Positions 30,102-32,000 of a DNA stretch of 32,000 nucleotides are shown piece after piece. The stretch spans positions 5,550,001 through 5,582,000 of the forward strand of contig LT962688.1 of assembly GCA_900234795.1 (NCBI GenBank), in the 5' to 3' direction. The position numbers and the translations under genes were made by a program. This stretch comes from Methylorubrum extorquens (GTDB lineage: Bacteria; Pseudomonadota; Alphaproteobacteria; Rhizobiales; Beijerinckiaceae). Each line of letters opens with the position of its first letter. Within the stretch, counting starts at the first letter, position 1. The notes beneath the pieces are model-generated. The model ran no database searches. It was not told the DNA's origin and saw only the letters and a list, made by a program, of their open reading frames with translations.

Positions 30102-30329
30102 ATGGCGATGGACCAGAGCCCGATCGAACTGACGATGCGCGTGGACGGAATGACCTGCGAGGGATGCGCCGAGGCGGTGCGCCGCACGATCCGCCGCCTC
30201 GACCCGCAGGCGGACGTCTCGGTCGATGTCGGCCTGGGCCGCGTCTCCGCGACGACCGTCGCGCAAAGTCTCGACGTGGCTCAAGCGCTGGCCCAGGCCG
30301 GTTACACCGCCACCGCGATGACCGGTTGA
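30102..30329 (+). CDS. copZ: Heavy-metal-associated (HMA) domain copper chaperone, 75 aa
   Basis: MAMDQSPIELTMRVDGMTCEGCAEAVRRTIRRLDPQADVSVDVGLGRVSATT contains the GMTCxxC metal-binding motif in a ferredoxin-like fold. A strong SD (AAGGAGA) precedes ATG 30102. Confidence 0.85.
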   Translation: MAMDQSPIELTMRVDGMTCEGCAEAVRRTIRRLDPQADVSVDVGLGRVSATTVAQSLDVAQALAQAGYTATAMTG

Positions 30330-30567
30330 AACCATCCGGCCTCGCGCGCCGGCCGGCGGATCACCGGTCCCAAACCACCTGTCCCATGAGAAAACTTAAC
30401 GGTCGGGTTAAAAAAAATCCGAGACGCTTTTCGTCGTCGTTTCGCTCACACTGCCACGATCGGTTTATCGTGGCCGTTCCGTTCGCTACCACGGAAGCAT
30501 AGGGACGGACCGGGCGACGGCTCGGCACGCCGCGAGCCCGCGTGAACAAGAAACGACGGTGAGAGAA

Positions 30568-32000
30568 ATGCCCTCAGATATCGAGATCGCCCGCGCGGCG
30601 ACCCTGAAGCCGATCGCCCAGGTCGCCGAAAAGCTCGGCATCCCGGACGAGGCGCTTCACAACTACGGCAAGCACATCGCCAAGATCGACCACGACTTCA
30701 TCGCCTCGCTCGAGGGTAAGCCCGAGGGCAAGCTGGTGCTCGTCACCGCGATCTCGCCGACGCCTGCGGGCGAGGGCAAGACCACCACCACGGTGGGTCT
30801 CGGCGACGCGCTCAACCGCATCGGCAAGCGGGCGGTGATGTGCCTGCGGGAGCCCTCGCTCGGCCCCTGCTTCGGCATGAAGGGCGGCGCGGCCGGCGGC
30901 GGCAAGGCGCAGGTCGTGCCGATGGAGCAGATCAACCTGCACTTCACCGGCGATTTCCACGCCATCACCTCGGCGCACTCGCTCGCCGCCGCGCTGATCG
31001 ACAACCACATCTACTGGGCCAACGAGCTTAACATCGACGTGCGCCGCATCCACTGGCGCCGCGTGGTCGACATGAACGACCGGGCGCTGCGCGCGATCAA
31101 CCAGTCGCTCGGCGGCGTCGCCAACGGCTTTCCGCGCGAGGACGGGTTCGACATCACCGTCGCCTCCGAGGTGATGGCGGTGTTCTGCCTCGCCAAGAAT
31201 CTGGCCGACCTCGAAGAGCGGCTCGGCCGCATCGTCATCGCCGAGACCCGCGACCGCAAGCCGGTGACGCTGGCCGACGTGAAGGCGACCGGCGCCATGA
31301 CCGTTCTCCTGAAGGACGCGCTTCAGCCGAACCTCGTGCAGACGCTGGAGGGCAACCCGGCCCTGATCCATGGCGGTCCGTTCGCCAACATCGCCCATGG
31401 CTGCAACTCGGTGATCGCCACCCGCACCGGCCTGCGGCTGGCCGACTACACCGTCACCGAGGCCGGCTTCGGCGCCGATCTCGGCGCGGAGAAGTTCATC
31501 GACATCAAGTGCCGCCAGACCGGCCTCAAGCCCTCGGCGGTGGTGATCGTCGCCACGATCCGCGCCCTCAAGATGCATGGCGGCGTCAACAAGAAGGATC
31601 TCCAGGCTGAGAACCTCGCCGCGCTGGAGAAGGGCTTCGCCAACCTCGAGCGCCACGTGAACAACGTCCGCAGCTTCGGCCTGCCGGTGGTGGTGGGCGT
31701 GAACCACTTCTTCCAGGACACCGACGCCGAGCATGCCCGGTTGAAGGAGCTCTGCCGCGACCGGCTCCAGGTCGAGGCGATCACCTGCAAGCACTGGGCG
31801 GAGGGCGGCGCGGGCGCCGAGGCGCTGGCGCAGGCCGTGGTGAAGCTCGCCGAGGGCGAGCAGAAGCCGCTGACCTTCGCCTACGAGACCGAGACGAAGA
31901 TCACCGACAAGATCAAGGCGATCGCGACCAAGCTCTACGGTGCGGCCGACATCCAGATCGAGTCGAAGGCCGCCACCAAACTCGCCGGCTTCGAGAAGGA
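30568..32000 (+). CDS. ftfL: Formate-tetrahydrofolate ligase, N-terminal 477 codons; the gene continues past the window end
   Basis: Absent from the ORF track because there is no stop inside the window. Hand translation from ATG 30568 gives [124 protein letters not shown]. This is the unmistakable FTHFS family. The 406-aa track ORF at 30574..31794 is its antisense shadow. Confidence 0.93.
   Translation, partial: MPSDIEIARAATLKPIAQVAEKLGIPDEALHNYGKHIAKIDHDFIASLEGKPEGKLVLVTAISPTPAGEGKTTTTVGLGDALNRIGKRAVMCLREPSLGPCFGMKGGAAGGGKAQVVPMEQINLHFTGDFHAITSAHSLAAALIDNHIYWANELNIDVRRIHWRRVVDMNDRALRAINQSLGGVANGFPREDGFDITVASEVMAVFCLAKNLADLEERLGRIVIAETRDRKPVTLADVKATGAMTVLLKDALQPNLVQTLEGNPALIHGGPFANIAHGCNSVIATRTGLRLADYTVTEAGFGADLGAEKFIDIKCRQTGLKPSAVVIVATIRALKMHGGVNKKDLQAENLAALEKGFANLERHVNNVRSFGLPVVVGVNHFFQDTDAEHARLKELCRDRLQVEAITCKHWAEGGAGAEALAQAVVKLAEGEQKPLTFAYETETKITDKIKAIATKLYGAADIQIESKAATKLAGFEK

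Noticed and set aside
30330-30567. ZTP (pfl-motif) or THF riboswitch upstream of ftfL
   Set aside because: It is plausible from gene context, but I could not find the conserved pfl-motif elements (no CGCCUGGG-like 3' segment and no matching pseudoknot partner). It is kept only as a generic leader observation.
30574-31794. 406-aa minus-strand ORF, the only long ORF the track lists in this region
   Set aside because: Antisense shadow of formate-tetrahydrofolate ligase. The real gene is on the plus strand and is missing from the track because it has no stop inside the window.

Overview
Very GC-rich chromosomal segment that looks alphaproteobacterial (Rhizobiales, Methylobacterium-like). This rests on family content only: Irr next to fabA-fabB-fabI, MucR/Ros, a HisKA_2 kinase and formate-tetrahydrofolate ligase. 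It is mostly ordinary housekeeping and signalling genes. In order: partial MHYT sensor gene; one IS110-family insertion; gloA; a PAS-rich signalling neighbourhood (PAS-only protein, mini GcrA-like HTH, 1225-aa hybrid histidine kinase, HisKA_2 kinase); sufE; mucR; oligopeptidase B; a large exported AMIN/TPR-like protein convergent on doxX-fliP-fabI-fabB-fabA; irr; an SH3-like exported protein; a 2-hydroxyacid dehydrogenase; ribF; a cheY/cheZ-like pair; a TipF-like EAL protein; copZ; partial ftfL. I found no rRNA, tRNA or CRISPR array, and no recognisable defence, phage or secondary-metabolite cluster, so I cannot support a claim of a new multi-gene system. The observations most worth a second look follow. 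(1) Five +/-1 frame disruptions fall in three otherwise conserved-looking genes, mostly at or beside short homopolymer runs, so they are assembly indels or real gene decay. (2) The non-coding ends of the IS110-family element are candidates for a bridge/seek RNA. (3) An orphan fliP sits inside a fatty-acid synthesis gene string. (4) A 39-aa membrane micro-ORF is missing from the ORF track. (5) Several intergenic regions are structured or repeat-bearing. Many long ORFs in the track are antisense or alternate-frame artefacts of high GC and were rejected. Two real genes that run off the window edges (MHYT, ftfL) are absent from the track and were recovered by hand translation.
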